A DNA stretch of 64,000 bases from Nitrososphaerales archaeon (GCA_965197925.1 CBDAOC010000019.1:256001-320000); one strand, 5' to 3'. Shown: positions 22,640 through 34,292, counted from the stretch's first letter. Made by a program: numbers and translations. Notes: generated by a model from the sequence alone, not told the origin.

Positions 22640-24957
22640 CTAAGTGCGTTTGTCAGACGAATCTTGTGATCGATCAAAATCTTGACATAATATAGTAAAA
22701 CATGTTAAAGCAAAAACCTTCTCCTTTAGAAGGTGCAATCCAACACTTAAAGCATACAAACTAACATCGGCCGAGTAAACAAAAGGTAGAATAGAGAATT
22801 TATCTACCATGATTGTATTTGATTGTTGTGCTGAAACTGACAAGGTCGCTTTAGTACCAAGTAATTTTCTTAGTTTCTCCTTAACGCTAACAAAAAGATC
22901 CATAACACATAACATGTTCAGCAGGAACCATTACCGGCCTATGATCCGTGACAAGAATATCTGTATACTTCCATGCGTTATTTACGTTACCAAAAGCCTC
23001 ATACAGAACACCGATGCGATTTGGATCGAATGTTTCAATGAGGGAAAGAGAATTGTACTTCTCCAGTCCGCCTTGAATGATGACGTTCATTTCTTTTATC
23101 GATACAAGATCAGAAAGATGTTTGACATCGTATATGGTGATGAATCCTTCCTCAAAGACCTTGTCTAGATCATTCTGTGCGTCCAATAATCCAAACAATT
23201 TCTCGGTATGTGTCTTGAGCCACGGAATGTCGTTGTGGACTAAAATGTAACCCACGTTAAGAGGTTGAAAGAATTTTCCCACATTAGTAACATCATGTGA
23301 AAACATTAGGCTGTCATATCGCAACCTGTTACCGAATAGAACATCGTAATTAAGATTGTTTAATGAGACGGGTAATGGCGACAAATCTCTTTCAGTAACA
23401 CCTAGACGATTGGTATACCATGTTGAAGGCGTTCCAGCGTATGGGTAACCCCATACGGTCTTGCGGCCATTATCTCTCGTCGATAGGTATGATACTGCCT
23501 CCTCGTACTCCTGTGGCAGTTCAGCAGACTGAAAAATACCGTTAAAGTCACCAGTAACAATAGGGTAATTGGGTAGAAGACTAACCACCAAGACGAAACC
23601 GACAAACGTGCACGAAGCAGTTCCTGCTACTATCTTGTTTTGCTTTAGATACTCTAACAGTTTTATGCCTGTCAATGCAATCATTGGAGATAATGCAAGA
23701 ATTGCAATTGAGGTGAACTTAGGGGTTCGGAACGCCCACCCATAAAGAGAGCTAAGTGGGGTTTCGAAAATAAACCAGTTAGAGAGATCGCTTGCAAATC
23801 TTGGGCCGGCAGACAGGAATATGGAAATTGTGAATAAGATGGCAAAGTACCCCATAAACTTCATTCTTTTTATAAACAGCAGAGAAGAAATCCCTATTAT
23901 GGTTAAGACAACTGATAAGATAGGAGGGTTTAATCCCCAGAAATCCCCAAGGATGGGGGTTGTCTCTCCATACATTTCTACCATCCCAAAATTTCCCCTC
24001 ATAGCAAAAGCGTTCATGGGATCGGCGTTCATGAACAGGACTTGAAGACTTTCTACTGTTACTACATTTCCGTACAACGAAGTACCACCCATCAACACTC
24101 CTAGCAATATCCAGTAGCAGTTGATCAATACAAATGTGGACACTGATGGTTGAGTTGATGAATGCCTGTTTGAGAGTAAGCCACACCTTCTTCTTCTCCA
24201 GGATAATGTTGTACAAAGAATGATAGAGAATGTAACCAAGTATTATTATGAAACCGAATATGGTCCAATGCATGCCTCCTACGGCAAAAGACAGTGCTAC
24301 AACACAGTACAGCAGGTACGTTTTCTTACTTTCCGTTACTCCCTTGATGAGCAAAAAGAGGATCAACGGCGCCAGGTAGTAACCATACTTTAATGTGGGG
24401 TGGGTTAGTTCCTCTACAACAAATGGCGAGAATATGTAAAAAGTAGAGGAAGCAAGGAAGAAGAGATCATTATAGCGACTTGATATATCGACGGTTCTCC
24501 CAACTACATACTTTGTGAGTTTAAACATCGAAAGTGCTCCTATGGTGCCAAGAATAACATGATATGCAAAATAGGTTAAATGCATCGGAGCGCTAAAGCC
24601 AAAGGCATTTAACAGTATCATGGGAAAGGCGTGAAAGAGTTTGGAAAGGCTATTGATAGTGGGCTCTCCTGTTGAATCGTTCCAGAGCGGGATAATAGTA
24701 CCGATATAGTCACTGGTATCAATAGCTGAGCTAAAATCACCATACCAAATCGATTCATTTGTCAATAGGCTACTATAGACTAGAGAGTTAGAGACGGCAA
24801 AGATGGAGGCAATTAAAATATATTTCTTCAGTTCTTTGTTGAGAATTACAGTTCTAGAAAATTTCCGTGTTACTGAATTGTATATAGTGCTAAAGCTTCT
24901 AGATCTTACCGAGATGCGTTTTAGTCTTGGTTTTTGGATCATTTTCACTGGTAGCAT
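22640..24957 (-). pseudogene. Large polytopic membrane protein (DUF3367/AftD-like GT-C), frameshifted
   Basis: WYGDF, FYIFSPF, FRTPKF, LNVGYILVHNDI across three overlapping ORFs. Confidence 0.55.
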
Positions 24958-24974
24958 TAGAATGACATGTCTAG

Positions 24975-25140
24975 TCGACTACGCTGCTGTGTGTTTGCAA
25001 GAGAAGATCTTATACATCAGCGACATGCAAATTCCTGGAACTTCTCTCAAATACTCGTAAAGAGAACTCGTTCCAGACTTCTCTACGCCAATAAAGAAAT
25101 TGGGCCAGATTGCCTTTTCTTCTGTACTAATTTTTGACAT
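24975..25140 (-). pseudogene. Sulfotransferase N-terminal remnant
   Basis: Hand translation from ATG 25140: MSKISTEEKAIWPNFFIGVEKSGTSSLYEYLREVPGICMS (5'-PSB loop KSGT). Confidence 0.7.
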
Positions 25141-25219
25141 TTATATTCCTATGATATTAGACCTAGAAATCATTAGAATCAACATCATAAATCTTATATG
25201 GAAATTATTGCTAGACAAG

Positions 25220-25540
25220 CTCTACTTCCCTGTCTAACAATATATTTTTCTCTCTACAAATCTCAAGTGATTTTCTATAGTCTTCGTCTAATTTCTGCAA
25301 GACATTGTTTGGAATTTGTTCAATAAGTTTTGTATATTCGAGTTTTCTACTCCCCCTCTTATCAACAGTTTGAGCAATGAACTTCAACATATTTACTGGT
25401 CCTAAGTTCCTTGTGAAGTCCCAAGGTATCCAAAACTGATTTTATAGGGAGGTATTGGACTTTTAACATAACCAGTAAAGTACCTCTCATGTAAGTGTGT
25501 ATCCGAAACTGAAGGGATTTCTGGAGGAAATTAAGGAAGC
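25220..25540 (-). pseudogene. Sulfotransferase C-terminal remnant
   Basis: EYTKLIEQIPNNVLQKLDEDYRKSLEICREKNILL aligns to NYSPLIAVIPGYVSKVLVEDYNKTIDFSIKKNILL of 25553-26512. Confidence 0.6.
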
Positions 25541-25552
25541 CAAGAGTTTACG

Positions 25553-26512
25553 TTACGTATTTCCTTTTGGTGACAATAGAATATTTTTTTTGATAGAAAA
25601 ATCTATGGTCTTGTTGTAATCTTCAACCAATACTTTTGAAACGTATCCTGGAATAACAGCAATAAGTGGTGAATAATTGGATCTCGTTCGCTTTGTTTTA
25701 TCGAGGAGGGATCTAAGAACGTTTCCAAATTGATAAGATAATCTATAAAATTCCTTCTCCAAACCAAGTTTTTGAAATATGGTTAGGGAGCGAAATTTCA
25801 TTTTACCCAATGTCACCATTAATTGATTATAGGCTACGCTATCGGAAGGTGTAAAGATGCTGATGTTTTTCTGAGAAATTTTTACTTTCATAGGATCTAA
25901 ATTAAGGAATTTGAACGCCTCGTCCAATACCTCTTGAGGAAATTTGTTCAACTCGTCATTTTTAATTACTCTAACGTTCTCACCAAACAAATTATAGTAT
26001 TCGAGGACTCTATCATAGAACAAGATGGTTTGCATATCAGGGACGATGTAATCTTCGTTCCATCTTAGAAAATCATCTTGCTTATGTTGGATGTAGGAAT
26101 GAAAATACATACTTATTAGTCGGCTCTTCTGTTCTCGAACGACAAGAATTACCTTGGCGTTGGGTGAGAAATTCATTAGTTTCTTTGCAAAGTCATTTTT
26201 AAACGTATACGATACGGTTCCATCTACTCGATATCTCTGTTCTTTTCCCTTTGAATATAGTTCAAAATAATTCATCAAGTCAAGCAGTAAATGGCCCGCT
26301 TTTTTTGTGATATCACCAGTGAACCATGGAGGATATGTTTCCCCTTTGTACAATGTGTTTGGCTCTTTTTCCCACGGTACCATGACATCGGGATGCTGTG
26401 CAAGATAGTTACATAAAGCAGTTGTACCACATTTAGCAAAACCCGCCACAAAAAGATTTGGCCTCCAGTCCATTTGCGCAGATTGTTCTTCGGCCGTTTT
26501 AATATTGATCAA
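25553..26512 (-). CDS. PAPS-dependent sulfotransferase
   Basis: PNLFVAGFAKCGTTAL...HPDV...KEP (5'-PSB) and VILVVREQKSRLISMY (3'-PB). Confidence 0.9.
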   Translation of the reverse strand: MINIKTAEEQSAQMDWRPNLFVAGFAKCGTTALCNYLAQHPDVMVPWEKEPNTLYKGETYPPWFTGDITKKAGHLLLDLMNYFELYSKGKEQRYRVDGTVSYTFKNDFAKKLMNFSPNAKVILVVREQKSRLISMYFHSYIQHKQDDFLRWNEDYIVPDMQTILFYDRVLEYYNLFGENVRVIKNDELNKFPQEVLDEAFKFLNLDPMKVKISQKNISIFTPSDSVAYNQLMVTLGKMKFRSLTIFQKLGLEKEFYRLSYQFGNVLRSLLDKTKRTRSNYSPLIAVIPGYVSKVLVEDYNKTIDFSIKKNILLSPKGNT

Positions 26513-26521
26513 GATCTACTC

Positions 26522-26761
26522 CTACACATCTATATTTTTTATTCCAAAAAAATAACTACCAATTCCACATCTTATATCTAATGTATTATTCAGCTGGTTA
26601 CCATACTTACGGATAAAGATACGACTAGCTTCAAGACGTGGATCCTTAGATACTCTTTTGGTATCCGTATCAACACGCGGATCATATTTTGTCTTGACAG
26701 TTTCAGTAGCAATAGAAGCTGTTATCCCTGTTTCTTTGATTCTTACCATGCCTCGGCTCAA
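26522..26761 (-). pseudogene. Truncated SAM-methyltransferase-like fragment
   Basis: Degenerate motif I TLDIRCGIG followed quickly by a stop. Confidence 0.35.
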
Positions 26762-26812
26762 TGAAACTAAATTTATACATTACAATAATCTCAAAAAAAT
26801 CAGATTGTTTTC

Positions 26813-27630
26813 TATACCATTTTCACTGCAATAAACTCAAAAAATTTGAGAATTAATACACCCATAGCTAGAACTGGATTTTTCAGGAACACCATCTTAT
26901 TCTGCCCTTACAAATAAATCATGAATCTATTTCTAACCGAGGTGAGGTGTGCGGCATGCTCTGGATATCTCTTTACATACACCTTCAGTGTTTTTGCATA
27001 ATTAGACTTTTTTCTACACCAGTCGATCAATGTAGCTCCCTCCTCTATGTGTAATATTTCAGATTCAATTCTTTTGATTGTAACTTTATAGGCACTTTGC
27101 AATTTATTTTTGATGGTACTCTCCTCGAAAAATACAACGTCCTCGTCAAAACCACCAACACGCAACACTGCGGATCTTTTAAAGAACCTGGGCGACTCTA
27201 CTTCCGTATTTGCGTAAAAGCTTCTCTAGAAATCCCTGACCTTAACCCAGAAACCACTTCCTATAGACCTTTCTGGTATAGTGATTGCATATGGCTCGTC
27301 AAGACACGACTGCACGCACTCTGTGACTACATTTTTGGTGAATTCCATGTCCGAGTCAATGAACAGTACATACTCTCTCTTGGCTGCATTACACGCTAAG
27401 TTCTTGGCCTTGGCCCTCCCCACTCCAGTTTGGATGAGCCTTGCACTGTACCTCTCTGCTATTTCCCTTGTACCATCCGTGCTGTGGTTGTCAACTACAA
27501 TAAGTTCTATTGCTCTGTACGTCTGTTGAATAATCGACTTTAGACATCTTTCTAACGTTTTCGCAGAATTTTTTGAAGGGATTATTATACAAACCTTCTC
27601 TTTGTCTGAAACTTGATTCTTATTATCCAA
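26813..27630 (-). pseudogene. GT2 glycosyltransferase, frameshifted
   Basis: IIIPSKNS, VVDNHSTDGT, FIDSD in the first ORF; VGGFDE...FEE in the second. Confidence 0.8.
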
Positions 27631-27652
27631 TTTTAACGAACGTTTTTTTTGC

Positions 27653-28570
27653 TCAAGAATTCTCTCTATAATACTCTAACAGAAATTTAATCCCTTTCTC
27701 AACTGTCCATTGAGGACTGTAGCCGAGGGATGCTGTTATGAGCGATATGTCTGCGAGTGTATCTTGGACATAATTTTTGAGAGGGTTTTGAATATATTTA
27801 GATTCTATCGATGCCCCCATCTCGCTGTTGATAAGTGATACGATATCATTGAAGCTTTTCCCTATACCTGTACCAACATTAAATATGCCAAAGTCTATGT
27901 TAGATGTCGTGGCCAGGATGTTTGCTGATAAGATATCGTTTATGAAAGTAAAGTCCCTGCTTTGCATCCCGTCGCCATAGATCACTGGGCTCCTGCCCTG
28001 CATCATGTCCCAGAGGAATTGCGATATGTTGTTTGCATACCTGCTTTTGTGCGATTCCTTAGGCCCATATACGCTGAAGTACCTTAACCCTATGGAACTC
28101 AGGTTATTTTCGTAGTAATATGTTTGTGCAAGAATTTCCCTACTATGGAAAGACGCTTCGTAGAATGTCTTGGCAGTTATCTTCTGATTCTCGCTAAATG
28201 GTAAGGGATTGCCACTATACAACGATGATGATGAAGCATATATGACCTTCCTCACTCCATTGCTAAGTGCTGCCTTCATCACGTTCATAAAACCTATAAC
28301 ATTGACCTCGATCCCGTTTCTAGGGTCTTCCTTGAACATCGGTGATGAGCTTAGAGCAGCGTCGTGAAAAATAAAGTCACAATCTTTAGAAGTTTTACCC
28401 AACAGTTCCTCGTCCATTACAGAACCTTTCACGAACTCTATTTCTTTGTTCAAGTTCTCGCTCTTCCCAAGGTAAAGGTTATCCAGAGCTATCACCCTAT
28501 GTTCCTTTGATAGTGCCTCTGCTAGATTAGATCCTATGAAGCCAGCTCCACCAGTTACCAGAATCTTCAT
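27653..28570 (-). CDS. NAD-dependent nucleotide-sugar epimerase/dehydratase
   Basis: ILVTGGAGFIGS, YASSSSLY, LRYFSVYGP, GDGMQSRDF. Confidence 0.93.
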   Translation of the reverse strand: MKILVTGGAGFIGSNLAEALSKEHRVIALDNLYLGKSENLNKEIEFVKGSVMDEELLGKTSKDCDFIFHDAALSSSPMFKEDPRNGIEVNVIGFMNVMKAALSNGVRKVIYASSSSLYSGNPLPFSENQKITAKTFYEASFHSREILAQTYYYENNLSSIGLRYFSVYGPKESHKSRYANNISQFLWDMMQGRSPVIYGDGMQSRDFTFINDILSANILATTSNIDFGIFNVGTGIGKSFNDIVSLINSEMGASIESKYIQNPLKNYVQDTLADISLITASLGYSPQWTVEKGIKFLLEYYRENS

Positions 28571-28571
28571 G

Positions 28572-28730
28572 TTAACCCTTTAGCGTACATATTTCTGGGT
28601 GCTTCTCTATCATATTTAGGAATTCTTTGGTAGTGTCCAAGCTGAAGCTCCAACTCCAATCTAAAGTATTTCTAGCGTATGATTCCAGACTCACCCTATT
28701 CTCTAAGAGCGAAATGGCTCCCCCAGCCAA
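28572..28730 (-). pseudogene. Possible C-terminal remnant of a GT4 glycosyltransferase
   Basis: AISLLEN...ARNTLDWSWSFSLDTTKEFL resembles GT4 C-termini. Confidence 0.3.
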
Positions 28731-29028
28731 GGTAACAAAATAGTAATCAAAAAGAGAATAGTTGCTATCGAGATTTTACATGGGATTAATAGTAACACGA
28801 TCTGATGTATTGAACTGATGAAACTTTGTAGGAAAATCCTTCCTAACATTACGGGTTCATTGTACGATTTGAATATGCGTATTACTGTTAGGAGCTTAAG
28901 CTTTGTCTTTCTTTCTATTCTTTATCAATAAATTCTAGGTATAAAACATACAACATTGCAACACTATACATTCAAATAGGTTATTTTTAGGTCATAATAC
29001 CCCTTATCAGACCAAATACCCTACCTAC

Positions 29029-30151
29029 ATGGTCAGAACAGAAAAAAGACAACAGGACCCTAATTTTGGGTCAAAAACCAAGGTGTTTTACTTGTTAACC
29101 TAGGCAGATATGAGGAAGCTATTTCCTATTTTGACAAAGCACTGGAGATAGATCCGAATTATTTCCAAGCATTAACCAGTAAAGGCTTTGCACTTCTTAA
29201 CCTAGGCAGATCTGAAGAAGCTATACCCTACTATGACAAAGCACTGGAGATAGATCCGAATGATGTCCTAGCATTAAACAATAAAGGTGAAGCACTTGAC
29301 TCACTAGGCAGACATGAGGAAGCTCTATCCTATATTGACAAAGCGCTGGAGATAGATCCGAATGATGTCCTAGCATTAAACAATAAAGGTGTTGCACTTG
29401 ACTCGGCAGATATGAGGAAGCTATTTCCTATTTTGACAAAGCACTGGAGATAGATCCTAATAATGCTGATGTAATAAACAACAAGAATATAGCACTTGGC
29501 AAACTAGGCAGAGAATCAGAAATAAAAGAGCCAAAAGATGGCACCAGTGGATGCCTTATAGCCACAGCAGCTTTTGGTTCGGAATTGTCACCACAAGTTC
29601 AATTCCTGCGTGATTATAGAGATCAAGAAATTATGAATACTTTAGCTGGTTCAAGTTTCATGCAAGTATTCAACGCCTGGTACTCATTCAGTCCATATGT
29701 TGCCGATTATGAAAGGGAACAGCCGTGGTTGCAGCATACGGTCAAGACATCCATCTATCCCTTGATAGGCATTCTACAGACATCAGAAAAGGCAAATTCT
29801 TCAATAGATGGTGAGTATGGAACAGTGGTCGCTGGGCTTATTGCTAGTTCCATGATAGGTGCAATTTACTTCTGGCCATTTGCAATCTCTGTAAGACGAG
29901 TTCGTACTAGCCCATTCAACTACAAGCTTGCTCTCTCTATGATCGCAGTTGTATCTGTCGGTATAATCGCTTCATTAGCAGCAGGTAATGAATATACTTT
30001 GATGGCAAGCACATCATTGTTTGTATTAACTTTAATTTCAGTTTCAGCAGTGCTATCTGCAAAATTAATCATAACAGTATTTCATACTGCTGGTAATATG
30101 ACGGCAAAGAGACGTAGCACCGAAATCATAAACAAACCCAAACATATCTAG
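29029..30151 (+). pseudogene. TPR-repeat protein fused to a CFI-box-CTERM membrane anchor, frameshifted
   Basis: About four 102-bp near-identical repeats (LGRYEEAISYFDKALEIDPN), frameshift near 29403, then SGCLIATAAFGSELSPQVQFLRDYRD and TM helices. Confidence 0.8.
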
Positions 30152-30564
30152 CTGCGTTCATTACATATTCAACTATTAGCATTAATGCATACGTTCGTAG
30201 TGATGATGATACATACGATAGTACTAGCGATAGTTGGGCGATTTTGTGGACTGTGTCTATACCCCATTTCAAATGCAAGGGGGATACCCTATATAAAGAA
30301 GAAAGCAAAAAATCCACAAAACTAACCTTTAACAACACTGATACCACCAGACCTGATATTCCTTCATCTCTCTTATGGATACTCTCTGGATATAGTTAAT
30401 TAGAAATTATAGGATTGGTTGTTAATTATATTATCATTCCTTCGCTTAATTTGCCACTAGCTTACCTTGTTATTTGCAGTTACCAAAGAAATTCCTATTC
30501 AACTTTATTGACTACCAAATTAAATTGAGAATTTTTATTATGTTAGCCTTGATTATTTATTCTA

Positions 30565-31242
30565 TTGGTATCACTGATAATTGCTGAGGCTGCATTAGAG
30601 AGAATACCCAAAACGATTTCAAAACATTCCTCCGTTGCCAAACATGTTAATTTGAAACAAAAATCCGCCCAGGATATTTTACTGGACAGAAGTTATCATC
30701 ATGCCGCCATGCTCAAACTAAAAAACGCCGACAAGAGAGGAAGACCCGATCTTGTTCATTTCACGCTGTTAGAAGCAACCTCAACACCACTCTATAAGAA
30801 AGGGTTACTACAAATATACATACACACCATCGTGGATAAGGTAATAATCCTCCATAGAATTGTTAGATTACCAAAATCATATTTCAGATTTGAAGGATTA
30901 ATGGAACAACTATTCAAAGAAAAAATGATAAAATCCAATGCAGATCTGTTGATGGAGGTAAAAGATATGCAACTTCCAGAACTACTGAAGATAATAAAAC
31001 CATCAAATGTCATAGGATTATCACAAAGTGGATTAAGGTCAAGTGCTGGGGAAGTCGCCAGAATTATGGAGGATAAGACTGTATTAGTGATTGGAGGATT
31101 TCCTCATGGCCATTTTTCACAAAATATTTCAAGTCAAATAGATCGACTGTATTCCATTAACGAGTCAGGACTTGAGGCACATGTTGTTACCGCAAGAGTT
31201 TTGTATGAATATGAAAAGAAATTGTTTGAAGGTTCTGTCTAA
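30565..31242 (+). CDS. nep1: Nep1/Emg1 SSU rRNA pseudouridine methyltransferase
   Basis: LLDRSYHH, RGRPDLVH, RLPKSYFRFEGL, IGGFPHGHF. Confidence 0.93.
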   Translation: MVSLIIAEAALERIPKTISKHSSVAKHVNLKQKSAQDILLDRSYHHAAMLKLKNADKRGRPDLVHFTLLEATSTPLYKKGLLQIYIHTIVDKVIILHRIVRLPKSYFRFEGLMEQLFKEKMIKSNADLLMEVKDMQLPELLKIIKPSNVIGLSQSGLRSSAGEVARIMEDKTVLVIGGFPHGHFSQNISSQIDRLYSINESGLEAHVVTARVLYEYEKKLFEGSV

Positions 31243-31296
31243 TCCTCGATTAGGATCTAAATATAATTATAGCGTTAGTGATTCAATCAAAATTAG

Positions 31297-32565
31297 ATGA
31301 ATAAATCCAGACAACTATTCGAAAAGGCCAAGACCATAATAGCTGGTGGAGTGAATAGCCCCGTCAGATTTTATGAACCCTACCCATTCTTTGCCACTAG
31401 AGGTAATGGTAGTAGGATTATCGATTCCGATGGCAATAGATACATTGATTACTGCATGGGCTACGGTGCATTGCTTCTTGGCCATAATTATAAAACAATA
31501 ACAAGTTCGGTAAAATCACAGTTAGCAAGAGGAAGTTTGTTTTGTACCCCAACTGAAAAGGAAGTAGAACTTGCTGAATTGATGATTGAGTGTATTCCAT
31601 GCGCAGAAATGGTTCGCTTGGTAAATACCGGGACTGAAGCCACAATGCATGCGATAAGACTTGCAAGAGGGTTTACAAAAAGACAGAAGATCATAAAGTT
31701 TGAAGGTTGTTATCATGGCGCACATGATTATGTTTTGGTTAAGGCTGGGTCGGGAGCTGCCCATCAAGGCATACCAGTATCGGAAGGGATGCTCGATTCA
31801 ATAGTTGAGAATACCCTAGTTACACCGTATAATGATCCCCAATCATTGGAGAGAATAATCAAAAGTAATGATGTGGCTGCTGTAATAATCGAGCCAGTAA
31901 TTGCAAACATGGGTTTGATACTACCAGACAAGAATTTTCTAACTGATGTTAGAAAGATTACTGAGCAGAGTAATACGCTGCTGATCTTTGATGAGGTTGT
32001 CACTGGTTTCAGGCTTGCACTTGGAGGTGCACAGGAATATTATGGCATAAAGCCAGATTTGGCTACTTTTGGCAAGGCCATCTCAAACGGATTTCCCTTG
32101 GCTGCAATTACTGGAAAAAAAGAGATAATGGAACACCTAACTCCTACTGGTAGGGTGTATCAGGCAAGTACCTTTGCAGGTAATCCCATTTCCGTTTCTG
32201 CAGCCATAGCAACACTCAAGACATTAAAAAACAGAACAATCTATTCCAAAATAAGCAAAACAAACGGAGAGATAGTGAAAGGAATCAAGGATAGTCTAAG
32301 CAGCTTAAAATTCGAGGCCACTGTTAATTCATTAGGTTCTATGTTCCAGATATTTTTTAATAATTCATCGGTAAGAAATTATGATGACGCCAAGAAATCC
32401 GATATGAAATTGTATAAACAGTTTTTCGATCAAATATTGAAAAAAGGGATTTTCGTACCTCCATCACAGTTTGAAACCTGCTTCGTTTCATATTCTCACA
32501 ATAAGACCGATATCAGACAAACATTGGAAGGTTTAGATGGTGGGCTTCGAAAGGTGAAATCATGA
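31297..32565 (+). CDS. hemL: Glutamate-1-semialdehyde 2,1-aminomutase
   Basis: GGVNSPVR, FEGCYHG, FDEVVTGFR, TFGK, PPSQFE. Confidence 0.97.
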   Translation: MNKSRQLFEKAKTIIAGGVNSPVRFYEPYPFFATRGNGSRIIDSDGNRYIDYCMGYGALLLGHNYKTITSSVKSQLARGSLFCTPTEKEVELAELMIECIPCAEMVRLVNTGTEATMHAIRLARGFTKRQKIIKFEGCYHGAHDYVLVKAGSGAAHQGIPVSEGMLDSIVENTLVTPYNDPQSLERIIKSNDVAAVIIEPVIANMGLILPDKNFLTDVRKITEQSNTLLIFDEVVTGFRLALGGAQEYYGIKPDLATFGKAISNGFPLAAITGKKEIMEHLTPTGRVYQASTFAGNPISVSAAIATLKTLKNRTIYSKISKTNGEIVKGIKDSLSSLKFEATVNSLGSMFQIFFNNSSVRNYDDAKKSDMKLYKQFFDQILKKGIFVPPSQFETCFVSYSHNKTDIRQTLEGLDGGLRKVKS

Positions 32566-32581
32566 AGCTTAAGGTGAGATC

Positions 32582-33523
32582 GTGAAGCTTAAGGTCGGAA
32601 CCCGAGGCAGTAAACTATCCATTGCACAGACACAACAGGTTTTGGACTCATTGAAGAAAGTTGAGGGGAATCTAGACTTTGAAATTATTGTAATAAAGAC
32701 AAGAGGCGATACAGACGTCAGACCATTATACACCATAGATAGGAAGGGTATCTTCGAGAAGGAGATTGATGCTGCCGTACAGGATGGAACGGTTGATTTT
32801 GCTGTTCACAGCATGAAGGATATTCCATCCTTTCTGCCGGAAGGTCTGACCATCGCAAGTATCCCCAAACGTGAAAGCCCATACGATGTGTTTCTAAGTG
32901 ACAAGCGAGTAAAGCTTAAGGATATCAAACTAGGCTCGGTTATAGGAACCAGTAGTTTAAGACGTGTGATACAGATTAAAAGAGTTAGATCCGATGTTGT
33001 TGTAAAACCGATAAGGGGTAATATAGAAACAAGAATACGCAAGATGGTGAATAAGAAGTTCGATGCAATTGTGTTGGCAGAAGCTGGATTGAAGAGGTTG
33101 GCATTAGAGCATTTTATCGTTGAACGATTTCCTATTGAAGATTTCGTGCCACCACCTGGACAGGGTGCGATGGCCATTGTTTCAAGAAATAATAATAAAA
33201 AGTTGAACAAGATTCTCAGCAAGATAGATGATTACAAGTCCAGGGCAGAAATTACGGCAGAAAGAGCGTTGCTTTTACGAATAAACGCTGGCTGCCGGTT
33301 CCCCCTTGGGGCAATCGGAAGTGCAAATGCCAGCAAGCTTCAACTCCATGCAAGCGTTTACTCAGTTGATGGTAAAAAGCGAATAGATGTGAAGAAGAGT
33401 GGTAAGATGGCTGATGCCGAAACCCTTGGCACGAAAGTTGCCGATGAACTTGAGGAGAAGGGCGCAATGAAGATCGCTTCGCTGTGGAGGGATGCTGTAG
33501 ACAAATGGAGTGCCAAGAAATGA
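32582..33523 (+). CDS. hemC: Hydroxymethylbilane synthase
   Basis: GTRGSKL, KGIFEKE, AVHSMKD, GTSSLRR, RGNIETR, GCRFP. Confidence 0.97.
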   Translation: MKLKVGTRGSKLSIAQTQQVLDSLKKVEGNLDFEIIVIKTRGDTDVRPLYTIDRKGIFEKEIDAAVQDGTVDFAVHSMKDIPSFLPEGLTIASIPKRESPYDVFLSDKRVKLKDIKLGSVIGTSSLRRVIQIKRVRSDVVVKPIRGNIETRIRKMVNKKFDAIVLAEAGLKRLALEHFIVERFPIEDFVPPPGQGAMAIVSRNNNKKLNKILSKIDDYKSRAEITAERALLLRINAGCRFPLGAIGSANASKLQLHASVYSVDGKKRIDVKKSGKMADAETLGTKVADELEEKGAMKIASLWRDAVDKWSAKK

Positions 33524-34275
33524 AGGGTATTGTCTACATAGTTGGTGCAGGTCCTGGCGATCCTGGGTTGCTTACTTTGAGGGGCCTGGAACTTATCAAG
33601 GGTGCGGATATAGTATTGTACGATAGACTTGTTAGCGACCCAATACTGAATATGATACCAGGCATTGTGCAAAAGGAATATACTGGAAGGAATGTTGGCG
33701 ATGATTCCAACCATCAGGATAAAACAAATGAACTGATGTTAGGACATGCCAAGGACGGGAAGAAAGTTGTACGATTGAAAGGGGGTGATCCCTTTGTGTT
33801 TGGACGTGGTGGAGAAGAGGCCGAGTTTTTGAGGGAGCATGGGATCGATTTTGAAATTATACCCGGAGTCTCTTCTGCAATTGCATCTCCAGCATATGCA
33901 GGCATCCCATTAACACATAGAATGTTCTCATCTTCCGTTGCTGTAGTGACTGGACATGAGGATGTACAAAAGGACGGGACTAAAGTTAGATGGAAAGAGT
34001 TGGTCGACGCTGTTGATACTATAGTGGTCCTGATGGGGATGGGAAGTCTTGAAAAGATTGTAAGTGAATTGATTTTCGGAGGCGCAGATATGGTCATGCC
34101 AGTTGCTGTAGTTTGTGACGGTACAACTGAAAGACAAAAGGTTGTGCTGGGAAATCTAAGTAATATTGTGATTAAGGTAAAGGATAGTAAAGTTGGGCCT
34201 CCTGCGGTAATTGTGATCGGCAAGGTAGTGGACCTGGCAGAAAAGCTTGATTGGTTTGGTGTTAATAATGCTTGA
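33520..34275 (+). CDS. cobA: Uroporphyrinogen-III C-methyltransferase
   Basis: VGAGPGDPGLLT, RLKGGDPFVFGRGGEE; ATG overlaps the hemC stop (ATGA). Confidence 0.95.
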   Translation: MKGIVYIVGAGPGDPGLLTLRGLELIKGADIVLYDRLVSDPILNMIPGIVQKEYTGRNVGDDSNHQDKTNELMLGHAKDGKKVVRLKGGDPFVFGRGGEEAEFLREHGIDFEIIPGVSSAIASPAYAGIPLTHRMFSSSVAVVTGHEDVQKDGTKVRWKELVDAVDTIVVLMGMGSLEKIVSELIFGGADMVMPVAVVCDGTTERQKVVLGNLSNIVIKVKDSKVGPPAVIVIGKVVDLAEKLDWFGVNNA

Positions 34276-34292
34276 TGGGTTTGGTGCAATGA

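Noticed and set aside
29029..29480. 102-bp repeats as a CRISPR array or DGR template
   Set aside because: They are contiguous TPR-coding units without unique spacers; no cas or reverse transcriptase gene is in the window
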